A stretch of DNA of 64,000 nt from Diplonema japonicum (lineage: Eukaryota; Protista; Euglenozoa: Diplonemea): contig OZ025660.1 in NCBI GenBank assembly GCA_964019335.1, positions 1-64,000 on the forward strand, read 5' to 3'. A model generated the notes under the pieces. The model was given only the letters and a program-made list of their open reading frames with translations, did no database searches and was not told the DNA's origin. Shown here piece by piece: positions 31,805 to 43,679 of this stretch; within the stretch, counting starts at the first letter, position 1; each line of letters opens with the position of its first letter. The position numbers and the translations under genes are program-made.

Positions 31805-34657
31805 TCAATTGGATGGACCCATGGAGGCAGAGCGCCCCTTGACCCCATTGGTGAAGAGATCTTTGGTCTCCGCGAACGACCTGGCCCGCCCCCTCGTACC
31901 CAGGTTCGTCACCGCAGCCTCAGAGGTCGTAGCGAGAGGAGGAGCCCCCTTCTTCCCCTTCCCCTTCCCTTTCCAGACACTGTCGTGTGTCGTCGTCACC
32001 CCCGGTGTAGGGTCCCGCGGCACTGCCGTTCCCGTCGTCAGCGTGGCCGCCTGCGGCAGGAGGAGGCGGAGCGTCGTCCGCAGATCGGAGATCATCTCCT
32101 GCTGAGAGTCGATCGTCCTCTGCAGCCCGACGATCGACTCCTTCAGCGTGGCGACGAGCTCAGTGAGAGCGGCGACCTCAGGCGACCCGGAAGGGACCCC
32201 CTCCTTGTTTCCCGCAGACACGTTGCGGGGCGGTGTAGGGGACGTCACAGTGTCGAGCTGGGGGGGAGCCACCGAGCTCGGTATGGACGCCCACGGGCTG
32301 GTGGGAGGAAGCCCAGTTGCTTTCACCGCAGGGCCAGTCTCCGAGGGTGTCGACGCCGATACAGGTGCCGGGTCAGGTACAGGTGTAGGCGCAGGTGCAG
32401 GTACATGAGAAGATGTGGGTGCCGGGGTCGAGGACGTTGCAAGCGCAGGTGCAGATGCAGGTGTCGTCCTGTTGATGAGAGGGGGCGGCTTGACGGTCGG
32501 GTGGTCGTCCGCATCACGGAGGCAGACAAGGCGCCCCCCAAGGAGCCACGTCCTGGACTTCGGGGGCGGGCTGTCGACGACGATGAAGAACACGAGTTGC
32601 CTCGTGCCCTGGAACATCGTCTGCGTGCGCCGCAGGACGGAGGATGGTTTCCAGCCGATGTGGTCCATCATCTCGTCGAAGGCCGCCCTGGTGATGGACG
32701 GCGGGGCCCCGGTAAGCAAAAACTTGCGCTTCGTGCGCTGTTTTGCGAGGGCCTTCCGGAGCCGCTGTTCCGTCTCCGGTAGGCACCGCACAGTCCATCC
32801 CTTACGGTGCGCCACCCCGAGAGACAACCCACCCAGCGTCCCCGCAATCCGAAAGGCATCCGCCCTCCCTTCCGCCACGATGGGTACATAAGCGTACCCC
32901 CCGCGTCTCTCCGTCGTCCGCATTAAGCAGCCGTCCCCGGACCGGCGCAGGACGGCGTGGACGTGTGCTGCTTGCAGGCGCAGTCCCACCTCGTGGGTCC
33001 AGTGCCTCGCCCGCGGTTCCTCCTCACCGAACTTCCTTGGGCGGAAGACCGCACGATCCTCCACCACCGCGCCCTGAGCCTTGGCGAGCTCCAGGACCCT
33101 GGCCTTCGCCTCCTTCAGGCTGTCTGCACTGACACAGACGTAGACGACCTCCGATCCGCTGTTGAAGGTGGAAGGCGGGGTGTAGGTGGGGGGGTCCAGC
33201 CCGAACGTGGAGACGTGGACCCTCCTGTTCACTGCGCGCGACCCAGAGACCATGACAATCTCGCTGGGGGTGGTGACACCGGGGACCTCTGTCATAAGGA
33301 CAAAGGTGATGGATGCCGTAGGTAACGCGGAGCACACGACCCCCATTTCGGAGGGATCGTCGAGCGCAATGACAGCGCGGGATGTTTCCGTCGGGGGGGA
33401 CACGTTGGTGTAGATCGGGGCGTCCCATGTGTCTGGCACCAGGTCCCATCGCGGGGTTGTGGAAGGGGCAGGGGCAGGGTCGTCCTCCATCTCCTCAGGG
33501 CCAGAGCTGGTGTCAGAGTCTGAGCTGAGGAGGAGCGTGCCTTGGTCTGTTGACGCGTTGGCGGAAGCGTTCGCGACTGCTTCGTCCTCGACCTTCTGGG
33601 CATCTGCCTTCTTGGCGGCCGCCAACCTCAAAGCTTCCTCCTTTTTGGCAGCGGCTGCGGCGGCTTCCTTTTCGGCGGCGGCGGTGGCTGCGACCTTCTT
33701 CTTCTCCTCGGCGGTGGCGGCTGCGGCTGCGGTCTCCTTCTCGGCGGCGGCGGCTGCAGCTTGCTTCCTGGCGGCGTCGGCTGCGGCCTTCCTCTCGGCG
33801 GCGGCGGCGGCAGCGGCTTTCTTCTCGGCGGCGGCCTTCTCCTCGGCGGCGGCGGCGGCTGCTGCTTTCTTCTCGGCGGCGGCGGCGGCTGCGGCTTTCT
33901 TCTTCTCGGCTGCAGCGGCTGCGGCTGTAGCCTTCTTCTCCTCGGCTGCTTTCATCTCGGCCGCAGCACGCGCAGCCTCCTTCTCCTCTGCCGCAAGTCG
34001 TGCAGTAGACCGCTCGCGCAGAGCCTTCTCCTCAGCCTCGACTGCTCTGCGAGCAGCCTCCACACCAGCCACGCGTGCAGCTTCCGTCTCGGCTGCCATT
34101 TTGACAACAGCAGCATCAGCCACCTCCTGCGCAGCCTTCATCTTAGCAGCTATTTCTGCAGCTACCACGTCGGCCGACTCGCGTGCAGCTTCCAAATCAG
34201 CAGCGATTCCCGCGAGTTCGACGTCGGCCGCAGTGCGTGCGGCTTCGAGGGGGTGTGTGGCGTCAGCTATGTGTGCGGCTTCGGCGGCAGCGTCAGCGCG
34301 CGCGGCTCTGGCGGCCTTCCTCCTAGCTTTTTTGCTGGAGGTCGGGGTGGCGACGCTGGCGTCAGGCGAAACCGGCCTTTTGACGGAGCCGGTCGGGGTG
34401 GAGGCGACAGGTGTCGCTGGGCCGGCTGTAGCGGCGGCGGCGTCGGGCGTGAGGAGGTCAATTACGGTGACCACCCCCGTCATCTTCTCCCGGTGCTCCG
34501 GCGTCAGGAGCTGCCCCAGCTCCCCGGCTGCTCCAGCGCTGCGGAGCATCCTCTCCACCCGCCGCTCCTCCCTGGCCTTGGACTGGGCCAGCTGTGTGCT
34601 GGCCCCGTTCCCTTCCGGCTTTGCCTTCTCCTTGTGCTTGTCTTTCTTCTTGCCCAT
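31805..34657 (-). CDS. Family A ORF1 (950 aa; Ala/Lys/Glu coiled coil, central globular region, Pro-rich region, basic tail)
   Basis: Intact ORF starting MGKKKDK, ~20 nt inside the TSD. Confidence 0.88.
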   Translation of the reverse strand: MGKKKDKHKEKAKPEGNGASTQLAQSKAREERRVERMLRSAGAAGELGQLLTPEHREKMTGVVTVIDLLTPDAAAATAGPATPVASTPTGSVKRPVSPDASVATPTSSKKARRKAARAARADAAAEAAHIADATHPLEAARTAADVELAGIAADLEAARESADVVAAEIAAKMKAAQEVADAAVVKMAAETEAARVAGVEAARRAVEAEEKALRERSTARLAAEEKEAARAAAEMKAAEEKKATAAAAAAEKKKAAAAAAAEKKAAAAAAAEEKAAAEKKAAAAAAAERKAAADAARKQAAAAAAEKETAAAAATAEEKKKVAATAAAEKEAAAAAAKKEEALRLAAAKKADAQKVEDEAVANASANASTDQGTLLLSSDSDTSSGPEEMEDDPAPAPSTTPRWDLVPDTWDAPIYTNVSPPTETSRAVIALDDPSEMGVVCSALPTASITFVLMTEVPGVTTPSEIVMVSGSRAVNRRVHVSTFGLDPPTYTPPSTFNSGSEVVYVCVSADSLKEAKARVLELAKAQGAVVEDRAVFRPRKFGEEEPRARHWTHEVGLRLQAAHVHAVLRRSGDGCLMRTTERRGGYAYVPIVAEGRADAFRIAGTLGGLSLGVAHRKGWTVRCLPETEQRLRKALAKQRTKRKFLLTGAPPSITRAAFDEMMDHIGWKPSSVLRRTQTMFQGTRQLVFFIVVDSPPPKSRTWLLGGRLVCLRDADDHPTVKPPPLINRTTPASAPALATSSTPAPTSSHVPAPAPTPVPDPAPVSASTPSETGPAVKATGLPPTSPWASIPSSVAPPQLDTVTSPTPPRNVSAGNKEGVPSGSPEVAALTELVATLKESIVGLQRTIDSQQEMISDLRTTLRLLLPQAATLTTGTAVPRDPTPGVTTTHDSVWKGKGKGKKGAPPLATTSEAAVTNLGTRGRARSFAETKDLFTNGVKGRSASMGPSN

Positions 34658-34682
34658 TTTTCTTTTCTTTTCTTTTTTGCGA

Positions 34683-37600
34683 TTTTTTTTTCTTCAAAAC
34701 ACCAATAGGTGCCACCATGGGGAGCAACACCTGGGAAGGGGAAAGGTGAAGGGAAGCATGGAAATATTACAGGGAGGGCGAAGACCAGTTCTTCTGCAAT
34801 CAGATGGAGCTGTGGACTCCGCCAACCCGTGCACCTGTTTGGAACAGCCGAAGAGGGCTGAATTACTTTAATTCCAAGCCGCGTAGACCTACGTGACTCG
34901 GACGGGGACCTTGACCCCAGTTCGTAGTTTTTCTCAACTGGGACCTCTGGTGACCGGAACTGGCCCCGGTCGCCCCCTCGAGAGGGATTTGCTCCATTGA
35001 GCGAAACATGAAAGGGTGAGAGTAAAATCTCTCAAAATCAAAAGGGGAAGCGAGCGTGCGTGTGCGCATGGGGATGATAAGGGAAGTATTTGCTCTCCCC
35101 GCTGCACTCCGGCAGGCGGGGGGAGGGGATGGCCGTACCACACTCGTTCGTGCGAAGATGAGAGGACTCATCAGGGCAACTTCAGAGTAGGTCGGGCCAT
35201 CCGTTTTTGACTACAATGTCAGGGCACACGGCAACAAGAGGATGTTAATTTTAAAAATTTAAAAATTTAAAAGTGGGGACGGGCATACTGGTAAGAGAAA
35301 GGCCAGACGCCGGATGATGATGATAACATAAGAAAAGAGAAGGGAAGGGAACGTAAGCACTAAAAGAATTGAAAAGTTGATCTCACCCTACTCACTTCAG
35401 CGCAACACGGGGGCCGCAGGGCCAGCGTCAAGGGAGACAGCCGGCGGGGGCGGGATGAACGAAGGGGCAGCGGTACCTGCTGTTGCCGCAGACGGCGACG
35501 TGAAGACCCCGGATCTGGCCCAGTCAAGCAAGCCAGAGTCGGCGATAAGGGTGAATACCTGCGTCACGCGTTTTGACAGGCACTCCACCAGCGAGGGGCG
35601 TCCATTGGGAGCGTCGAGCGAACCCCGTCCAACCACAGCGCACCCCCCAACAATGTGCTCCCTGGACATCTGTGCTCCACACGCTGGACAGCTGAGCTCA
35701 GCCTTCTTCCTGTTCGGTCCAGCCGCCTGCAGGAAGCCAAAGAAGAGAGCGGAGTGCCCTACCCTCAGCCGCGAGATGACCGTCTCCGCTAGCCTGGGGA
35801 GGGACTGGGGGAAGCACGCCGCTCGGAGCCCCGTGGCCCTCGCGTACCTCGGGGCCACCTCCCCGACAATGACCGCAGACCTCTGCTGAATCTGGCGACG
35901 GACCAGGGCCCTGACCGACCTGTAGTCGAGAGAGGGGCGAGTCAGCTCGCGCTTCGTGCCTTCCCCGGCCAGCCTGTCTGCCGCCTCGTTGCCAGGAACC
36001 CCGCAGTGGGACGGCACAAACTGGAGAATGACTGGTGCACCTTGCGCACGTGCCGCGGCCACCAGCAGTTCCCAGGTCTCGTGGTCGAGCTTCTCCCTCT
36101 GCCGCGTAGGACCTGCCCTCAGCTGATCAAGGAGAGAGAGCGAGTCGGTACAGATCGACAGCCGGCTGTCTGCCAACGTGGGGTGCTCGCTCCGGAGCGC
36201 AGCCACCATGTCCAGAGCCACCTTGACAGCCAGACCCTCCGCCCGAAAGGAAGAGCAGAAATTGCTGACGCCGAAGCTCTCGGACACGGGTTCGTGGGGG
36301 CGGGGGAGCTGCAAGCAGACCCCGGCACCGCCCCTCCACCTCTGGCGGTCCCGTACGACAGAACCATCCGTATAGGCATGGATACCCGGTGGAAGGGCAG
36401 CCAGAGCCTCCACGGCCGCCTTCCGCTTATCCACGTCCGGCGACGAACGCGTGACCCTGCCGGGAAGGGCAGTTCTGAACTCCACCAGGATCGCATGCCA
36501 CGGTGCTACTTTGGGCGAGGCAGTGAGTAGCTCGAAGGTGTCGTACTTCCTGAAGCCTTCCTGCGTCGTCCATCCCTGCAGTCCGCAGCGCCGTAGCGCA
36601 AGGATACCCGCACGCAGCCACCCATTGCCCATACCGGTCATCCGCTTCTGCTCAAGGACCTCGCGGTGAACCGGGGAGGTCCTCCAGCAGAACGACTTCG
36701 CCGTCAACACCGCCGCAGCTCCCTCAGCCATCTGTCGGAGGGGTAGCAGTCCTGCCTCAGCAACAACCTTCGCCGTGCCCGAGCCGTGCCAACAACCCGA
36801 GATCAGCACCGCCGCTCTCTGGTGGAGCCCGACAAGCTCCTCCACCCTGCTGTCCCTGAGCCTGGCAAAGTAAACACCCATGCAGTACCGGAGTAGCGGG
36901 AGAACGTACGTGAGGTACAGAGATCGGAGCGTGGCCTTCTTGCACCCCCAGGTCGTGCCCGACAGGAGCCTTAGAACCCTCAGCCTCTTGTCAGCGCGCT
37001 TCAGGACATCCCCCGCATGCTCGTCAAACGTGAGCCCAGAGTCTACAGTGACCCCAAGATACTTCGCCGACCCACACAGAGGTAGGGGGCGAGCCGCTAT
37101 GTAACCAATGTCGGACCTCCGGATGGCGGCGGGAATGTCGAAGGACCGTTTGCCACCCGCCTCCACGACCCGAAAGCCAGACAGCTCACGGACGCCAGAC
37201 AAGGTCCCACAGGCCCCAACCCCAAGGTTAAGGACAGGGTCCTGGAAGGCCCCCGGGCAAAGCGGGACACGCGACGAAGAGAAGTAGACTTTAAGCCGCT
37301 TTTGATAGGGAACGCACACTGCCTGCGACTTGCTGGAGCTCAGCAGCATGCCCCGTCTCCCACACCAGCCCTCAACCGCGTCCATCACAGCCTGGGCCCC
37401 TCGCTCAAGACCAGCCAGGTCGCCCTGCCCGGCTGAGACCACCACCGCAACATCGTCGGCATAAAGAACCGACAGGTCCGCCATCCCAACCAGCAACCTG
37501 GCTAGCTCGTCGACGTAGATGGTGTAAAGGACGGGTCCCAGCACAGACCCTTGGGGCACCCCTCTCCTCACCTTCGTCGTCGACCCGCGCGAACGACCCA

Positions 37601-39888
37601 CCATGACCGCCGCCGTACGACCGCAGAGGAAGGAGCGCGTCCATTCGACGAAGGGCTCAGGGATCCCCTTCCTCCGCATCATGCCCAGGAGAGCTTCGTG
37701 CTGAACCAGGTCAAACGCAGATGAGAAGTCAAACAGCAGGGCAGCCGACAGACGCCGACTGTCTTTGTTCCTCGACAGGCACCCGGTCAGGGACGCCACC
37801 TGCTCCTCCGTGGAGCGGCCCCTCCTGAAGCCAGCCTGGCTGTCGTGGAGACCCTCAACGCCCGACGCGCTAGAGTCTAGGAGAAAGGTAAGCCTCTCCT
37901 CTATCATCCTCTCAAGCAGCTTACAAAGACAGCTAGTGAGACATATGGGACGGTACGATGCAAGCAACGTGGCGTCCTTCCCTGCCTTCGCCACTGGAAC
38001 AATCACCCCCTTCTTCCAGGCACCCGGCACAATCCCCGCCTGCCATGAGCGATTGAGGAGCAGAAGTAGAACCCCGAGCGAGGGTTGGTCGAGGTGGAGA
38101 AGCATCTCCGCGAAGATGCCATCATCACCCGCTGCACTGCGTGTCTTCATCCTTCCCAGACCGCGGGTGAGATCATACACCGTAGAGGCGTGGCACCCAA
38201 GCACGTTCGTCGAAGGAGCTACGTCCGCCGCGTCCCCATCACCACCCTGGCCGTAGAGCTTGCCGAAGTGAGCCCCCAGGCGGTCGGCTTTCGCCTTGTC
38301 CGTCACGAACCTCCCCTCGAGAATGGGAAGGTGCGGTCTGCGGTGTCTGCCGTCCAGCTTCTTCACCGCCCTAAACGCAGACCCGAGGTCCTTGCTCCGA
38401 CTGAGGTCAGCCGCCATCTCACCCCAGGCCGCGCGCTTCGACTCGGTCAAGAGTTGATTCACCTCTTTGACCTTCGCCTTGTACACCGCCGCTACGCTGT
38501 CATCCTCTGTCTCAGCCGACTTGAGGAAGCGATCCCGCAGGGCGTTCCGTTCTTCGAAAGCGTCTTCGAGTTCGGCCGTCCACCAGGGGGTCGGGCCTCG
38601 TCGCACTCCGCAAAGCGGAATGTGGTCGTCAGCTGCATGCAGAAGAGCCTCTGTTACCTCCTTCGTGAAGGAGTCAATGTGACCCTTCGTGTCGATCTTG
38701 GTCAGAAGGGCGGCAGCGGCCGCGGAGAAGTCGTCCCACCTGGCCTTTTTGAAGTTCCAGGTAGGGCAGGGGCGCTCCGAGCAGTAGGCGTCCTCAAGCG
38801 GCAAGCGGAAGGAAACCGGGCTGTGATCAGAGCCCCACGTCCCCAACGTCCTCGGCTCCAGTTCCGCACAACGTCCCACCACCAGGTCCAGAACGCGTGG
38901 CGGTGAGTCCCGCGTAGGCTCGTCACGGTTGTTGTAGACCGTGTAGCCGTGGGTGTCAAGCCAGTCCCTGACCACGTTCCCCCTTTCGTTGGGCGTTGTC
39001 ACCTTGGCTTCCCAAGAGCTGTGGTGTGCGTTGAAGTCGCCAGCAACGATCGTGTTCTTCCCCGCAGGTAGGCTGCCCGGCCGTAGGTACTCGGGGTCCC
39101 TTGTTCCTCTGCTTATACTCACAGGCGTGAGGTACACGTTGGAGAGGGTGACCGGGACGCGCTTCACACAGGAGATCCTCACGTCTAATCGCTCAGTGAC
39201 ACTGTCACCTTCAGGGAGTACGAAAGGAGCTTCCTCCGAGGCAAGGCAGTCACGGACATACGTGATGACACCACCGCCTCTCGTCGCAGAGCCGTCCGTC
39301 ACCGGTGTTGTGCGGTCCCTCCTGTAGGACGTGTATCCAGGCAGGTATGGTGTCTCATGCCCCTCCCTAAGGTGTGTCTCCTGGATCATAATGATATCCA
39401 GCGTCAGTAGGACAGCGTGGTAGGACACGGTTGACCACTTGGCGGCAAGACCGTTGCAGTTCCAGGACAGGACCCTGAGTCCCTTCGGCTTCGGGGGTGG
39501 GAGCTTCTTAGGTGGACCGGGGTTCGTCTCAACCAGCCCAAGCAGCCCCAGCAGGTCCCTGGCCGACATCCGTTCAAGTAAGGAAGGGATCAAGGAAGGG
39601 AGGACGTCGTACAAGTGATGTGGAAGGTGTCTCCTCGGCTGTATGCGCGGGAGACCAGGAGAGGGGGCGTGGTCGTCGATCTGCCGCCCCCCCTGCTCAG
39701 CGGGACCCCTTCAATTGGCAGGGGCGGGGGCCGGGCCCACAGAGGCTGCCCGTCCACGGCCGACCCCGTTGGGGGTAGCAGAGTCGCCAGCCAGCGACTG
39801 GGCGCGTCCCCTTCCGCCCCCTTGCTCCGTCGATGTCGGGTAGGGGCCTGGCGTGCTTACGCCCTGCGCCTGGTGCCCCTTCGTCCCT
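34683..39888 (-). mobile_element. Family A diverged subfamily A2, 5'-truncated within the end of ORF1
   Basis: Poly(A) at 34683-34691, homologous but diverged 3' UTR, intact ORF2, last ~58 codons of ORF1 (..GRAASVGPAPAPAN*). Confidence 0.92.
35397..39569 (-). CDS. Subfamily A2 ORF2 (2A-like, APE, RT, RNase H, CCHC)
   Basis: SWNCNG, IQETH, GDFNAHH, SDH (APE); QGSVLGP, YADD (RT); YTDGS, FRAE, TDS, HCG..GNE.AD (RNase H). Confidence 0.92.
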   Translation of the reverse strand: MSARDLLGLLGLVETNPGPPKKLPPPKPKGLRVLSWNCNGLAAKWSTVSYHAVLLTLDIIMIQETHLREGHETPYLPGYTSYRRDRTTPVTDGSATRGGGVITYVRDCLASEEAPFVLPEGDSVTERLDVRISCVKRVPVTLSNVYLTPVSISRGTRDPEYLRPGSLPAGKNTIVAGDFNAHHSSWEAKVTTPNERGNVVRDWLDTHGYTVYNNRDEPTRDSPPRVLDLVVGRCAELEPRTLGTWGSDHSPVSFRLPLEDAYCSERPCPTWNFKKARWDDFSAAAAALLTKIDTKGHIDSFTKEVTEALLHAADDHIPLCGVRRGPTPWWTAELEDAFEERNALRDRFLKSAETEDDSVAAVYKAKVKEVNQLLTESKRAAWGEMAADLSRSKDLGSAFRAVKKLDGRHRRPHLPILEGRFVTDKAKADRLGAHFGKLYGQGGDGDAADVAPSTNVLGCHASTVYDLTRGLGRMKTRSAAGDDGIFAEMLLHLDQPSLGVLLLLLNRSWQAGIVPGAWKKGVIVPVAKAGKDATLLASYRPICLTSCLCKLLERMIEERLTFLLDSSASGVEGLHDSQAGFRRGRSTEEQVASLTGCLSRNKDSRRLSAALLFDFSSAFDLVQHEALLGMMRRKGIPEPFVEWTRSFLCGRTAAVMVGRSRGSTTKVRRGVPQGSVLGPVLYTIYVDELARLLVGMADLSVLYADDVAVVVSAGQGDLAGLERGAQAVMDAVEGWCGRRGMLLSSSKSQAVCVPYQKRLKVYFSSSRVPLCPGAFQDPVLNLGVGACGTLSGVRELSGFRVVEAGGKRSFDIPAAIRRSDIGYIAARPLPLCGSAKYLGVTVDSGLTFDEHAGDVLKRADKRLRVLRLLSGTTWGCKKATLRSLYLTYVLPLLRYCMGVYFARLRDSRVEELVGLHQRAAVLISGCWHGSGTAKVVAEAGLLPLRQMAEGAAAVLTAKSFCWRTSPVHREVLEQKRMTGMGNGWLRAGILALRRCGLQGWTTQEGFRKYDTFELLTASPKVAPWHAILVEFRTALPGRVTRSSPDVDKRKAAVEALAALPPGIHAYTDGSVVRDRQRWRGGAGVCLQLPRPHEPVSESFGVSNFCSSFRAEGLAVKVALDMVAALRSEHPTLADSRLSICTDSLSLLDQLRAGPTRQREKLDHETWELLVAAARAQGAPVILQFVPSHCGVPGNEAADRLAGEGTKRELTRPSLDYRSVRALVRRQIQQRSAVIVGEVAPRYARATGLRAACFPQSLPRLAETVISRLRVGHSALFFGFLQAAGPNRKKAELSCPACGAQMSREHIVGGCAVVGRGSLDAPNGRPSLVECLSKRVTQVFTLIADSGLLDWARSGVFTSPSAATAGTAAPSFIPPPPAVSLDAGPAAPVLR

Positions 39889-39890
39889 GA

Positions 39891-42664
39891 TTTTTTTTTT
39901 CAAAATACCAATGCAGGGCCGCCATGGAGAGCAACACCTGAGAAAAGGGGAAAAAAAAAGGTGAAGGGAAACCATGGGGAAATAGGAAGGCACCTGGCTG
40001 AAGGGGGACTCGAGACGAAGTGAAGTAGACCCCGAGCCGTTTCTGGGGGGGGACGCAGACTGCCTGCGTCTTGGACGTGCTCAGCAGCATGTCACGCTCC
40101 CTGCACCAGTCCTCAACCGCATCCACCACTGCTTGCGCCTTCAGCTCCAGCCCAGCCACGTCCCCTTGTCCAGAGGAGATCACGACCGCCACGTCGTCGG
40201 CGTAGAGCACCGAGACGTCCGCCAGTCCCTCCAGTCTCCTGGCGAGTTCGTCGACGTAGATGGTGTACAGGATGGGACCCAAGACAGAGCCCTGGGGGAC
40301 ACCCCGTCGCACCTTCGTCGTCGACCCCCTCGACCGTCCAATCGTGACCGCAGCAGTACGGCCGCATAGAAAGGACCGCGCCCACTCCACGAAGGGTTCG
40401 GGGAGACCCTTCCCTCGCATCTTGTCCAGCAGGGCACCATGGGGCACCAGGTCGAAGGCGGAAGAGAAGTCGAACAGCAGAGCGGCCGAGAGACGTCGAT
40501 CGTCTTTGTTCCTCGACATGCACTCAGTGAGGGTTGCCACCTGCTCCTCCGTGGAGCGGCCGCGTCTGAAACCAGCCTGGCTGTCGTGGAGTCCCTCGAC
40601 TCCCGTCCCATCCGCGTCAAGAAGAAACGTGAGCCTCTCCTCGATCATCCTCTCCAGCAGCTTGCAGAGGCAGCTGGTCAGGCAGATCGGCCGGTAGAAA
40701 GCCAAGAGAGTCGCATCTTTTCCAGGTTTCGGTACCGGGACGATCACTCCCTTCTTCCAGGCACCGGGAACGACACCCATCAGCCAGGAGCGATTGAGGA
40801 GTAGAAGGAGGACACCGAGGGAGTCCGAGTTCAGGTGTAGGAGCATCTCCGAGAAGATTCCGTCTTCCCCGGCCGCGCTGCGCGTCTTCATCCTTCTCAG
40901 GCCGCGGGTGAGGTCGTCCACGGTGAACGCTTGACACCCGAGTCTGCTTGCAGAAGGAGCGGCGTCCTTCGAGTTCTCGTCACCACGCCTGCCGTAGAGC
41001 TTAGCGAAGTGCGCCCCCAGCCGGTCGGCCTTCGCCTTGTCCACAAATCTTCCCTCGAGTACAGGAAGGTGTGTCTTTCGGTGCCTGCCGTCCAGCTTCT
41101 TCACTGCTCTGAACGCAGCCCCGAGGTCCTTGCTCCGGCTGAGGTCGGCCGCCATCCTTCCCCATGCCTCACGCTTCGTCTCGTCAAGAAGTCGGTTGAC
41201 TTCCTTCACCTTCGCCCTGTACTCCTCCACCACGTCCGCCTCTTGGAGCAGGAGTTCGCGCAGGGTGTTCCGCTCTTCGAAGGCGTCCTCGAGCTCAGCA
41301 GTCCACCAGGGGGTCGGGCCACGTCGCATCCCACAGAGGGGAATGTGGTCGTTCGCCGCAGTCAAAAGGGCTTGTGTAAACCCCTTCGTGACAGAGTCAA
41401 TCGGAGCCGCCATGTCAACACCAGCAAGCAGGCGGGCAACAGCAGCAGTGTAGTCATCCCATCTGGCTTTTCTGAAATTCCAGGTGGGGCAGGGGCGCTC
41501 CGAACGGTAGACGTCCTCAAGAGGCAGGTGAAAGGATACGGGACTATGATCGGAGCCCCACGTGCCCAGCGTCTTCGGCTCAAGCTTCGCGCAGCGCCCC
41601 ACAACCAGGTCCAGAACGTGTCGTGACGAGTCCCTCGTCGGTTCGTTGCGGTCGTTGTAGACGGAGTACCCGTGGGTGTCCAGCCAGTCCCTGACCACGT
41701 TCCCCCTCTCGTTCGGCGTCGTCACCGTGGCGTCCCAGGAGCTGTGGTGAGCATTGAAGTCACCCGCTATGACTGTGTTCTTCCCCATGGGAAGGCTGCC
41801 AGGCCGCAGGTACTCAGGGTCCCTCGTGCCCCTGCTCGCGCTTACCGGTGTAAGGTAAACGTTGGAGAGAGTGATCGGCTCACGCTTCTCGCAGGAGATC
41901 CTCACATCCAGTCTCTCAGTGAGCAAGATCGTGGCGGACATACGTGACAATACCACCACCCCTCGTCGCAGTGCCGTCAGTCACCAGTGTCAACCGATCC
42001 CTCCTGTATGACCTGTACCCAGGCAGGTGTGGTGTGTCGTGCCCTTCCCTCAGGTGCGTCTCCTGGCTCATGATGATGTCCAGCGACAAGAAGTCAGCAT
42101 GGCGAGATACGACGGTCCATTTCGCAACGAGGCCGTTGCAGTTCCACGAGACAACCTTGAGACCCTTAGGCGACGGGGGCGGCAGCTTCTTGGGTGGGCC
42201 AGGGTTTGTTTCGACCAGCCCAAGCAGCCCCAGCAGGTCCCTGACAGACATCCTCCCGAGTAGGGTGGGGATCAGTGCAGAGTCGGTGAAGAAATAAAGA
42301 GGAGTCTCCTGGGGAGGATGCGAGGGAGACTAGGAGAGGGAGCATGGTCGTAGATCTGCTGCTCCCCCTGTTCTGCGGGGCCTCTTCAATTGGATGGACC
42401 CATGGAGGCAGAGCGCCCCTTGACCCCATCAGTGAAGAGACCCTTGGTCTCCGCGAACGACCCGGCCCGCCCCCTCGTACCCAGGTTCGTCATCGCAGCC
42501 TCAGAGGTCGTAGCGAGAGGAGGAGCCCCCTTCTTCCCCTTCCCTTTCCCCTTCCAGACAATGTCGTGTGTCGTCGTCGCCCCCGGTGTAGGGTCCCGCG
42601 GCACTGCCGCTCCCGTCGCCAGCGTGGCCGCCTGCGGCAGGAGGAAGCGGAGCGTCGTCCGCAG
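39891..42664 (-). mobile_element. Family A, decayed copy with internal deletions and 5' truncation
   Basis: Poly(A) at 39891-39900; ~2.2-kb deletion at ~39987 joins the 3' UTR to the RT region; smaller deletions at ~41920 and in the linker. Confidence 0.9.
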
Positions 42665-43145
42665 GCCGGCGAGAGTTTGTCCTCCAGACCCGCTCGGTGT
42701 TCTTCAGCTAGCGCATGAACGGCCTTACCCGACCGTCGGTTTGCCCTGAGGAAGTCCAGCCGGTCCTTCTTCTTTGCAGGCTCCGCCTGCCCGTCGCACC
42801 ACTGCCCGCGCTTCGCGCTCTTGGACCGCCATTCTACGAGGTGGTTCCGGCGCACGATCCGTGTTGGTCCTTACCAACTGCTGCCCAATTCCAAGCCACT
42901 TAAGCATCACGATTAACAAAGGACGCGATATCCCCTGTTGTCAGTTCGCCGGATGAGCAATACTCCGGTGAGTATCACGAGGAGGTAAGCAGCAATCCTA
43001 TACGTTTGGCCACTTAGGGCCTATTCTATATTTAGTGTAGTCCCACCAGGGGATGTCACTTGCAAACTATGCACGAGAACCTCAGGCCCCTAGAGGTGAT
43101 ATTGGTCAAATCTCGCGACTCACACATCAGTCGCCAAAACAGGGC

Positions 43146-43153
43146 AAAAAAAA
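43146..43153 (-). terminator. Pol III terminator (T8) of tRNA-Arg
   Basis: T run directly follows the discriminator base. Confidence 0.75.
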
Positions 43154-43226
43154 CACCCATGGTGGGGATCGAACCCACAATCTTTTGCTTAGGAAGCAAA
43201 CGCCTTATCCATTGGGCTACACGGGC
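43154..43226 (-). tRNA. trnR-CCT: tRNA-Arg (CCT)
   Basis: 73-nt cloverleaf: acceptor GCCCGTG/CATGGGT+G, anticodon arm TTTGC-TTCCTAA-GCAAA, T arm GTGGG-TTCGATC-CCCAC. Confidence 0.95.
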
Positions 43227-43679
43227 TTGTTTTCTTTTTTTTTTTTTTTTTTCAAAATACCAATGCAGGGCCGCCATGGAGAGCAACACCTGAGAAAAGG
43301 GAAAAAAAAGGTGAAGGGAAACCATGGGGAAATAGGGAGGGCAAAGGACCAGGCTTCTGCAAGCAGGAGGAGCCCTGGTCCCCCACCAACCCGTGCTCTG
43401 CTTTGGGACAGCCGAAGAGGGCTGAATTACATTATTCCCTCAGTCAAGTGAGAGAAAAACGGGGGCCTACCTTCCAGCTGGATGTCCTTCTTTGGCTGGA
43501 ACCTCCGGCGGAAAGCCCCCCAGGGAGGTATTGCTCCTATTGAGCGAATCATTGGTGAGTGTGAAAATAAAAAAAAAAGGGGAAATGGGAAACAGTGAGA
43601 GGAAGGTGAAGGAAGGGAAAGGAAGGGAAAGGAAAGTGGAAAACACAACATTTCACTTTACACACACGCGGGCGATCCC

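Larger units (their letters stand above)
27059..34677 (-). mobile_element. tRNA-upstream non-LTR retrotransposon family A, copy 1 (apparently full length, 2 ORFs)
   Basis: Poly(A) at 27059-27076; TSD TGCGA(T)n at 27054 and 34678; ORF1 plus APE-RT-RNase H ORF2. Confidence 0.95.

Noticed and set aside
33429-34871. Long plus-strand Ala/Ser-rich ORFs (also 49600..50928) and other antisense ORFs over the elements
   Set aside because: Shadows of GC-rich, repetitive minus-strand coding sequence; no independent motifs.
42665-43145. Possible coding fragment or further element between the decayed family A copy and tRNA-Arg
   Set aside because: Short open frames with no recognisable motif, tail or TSD.
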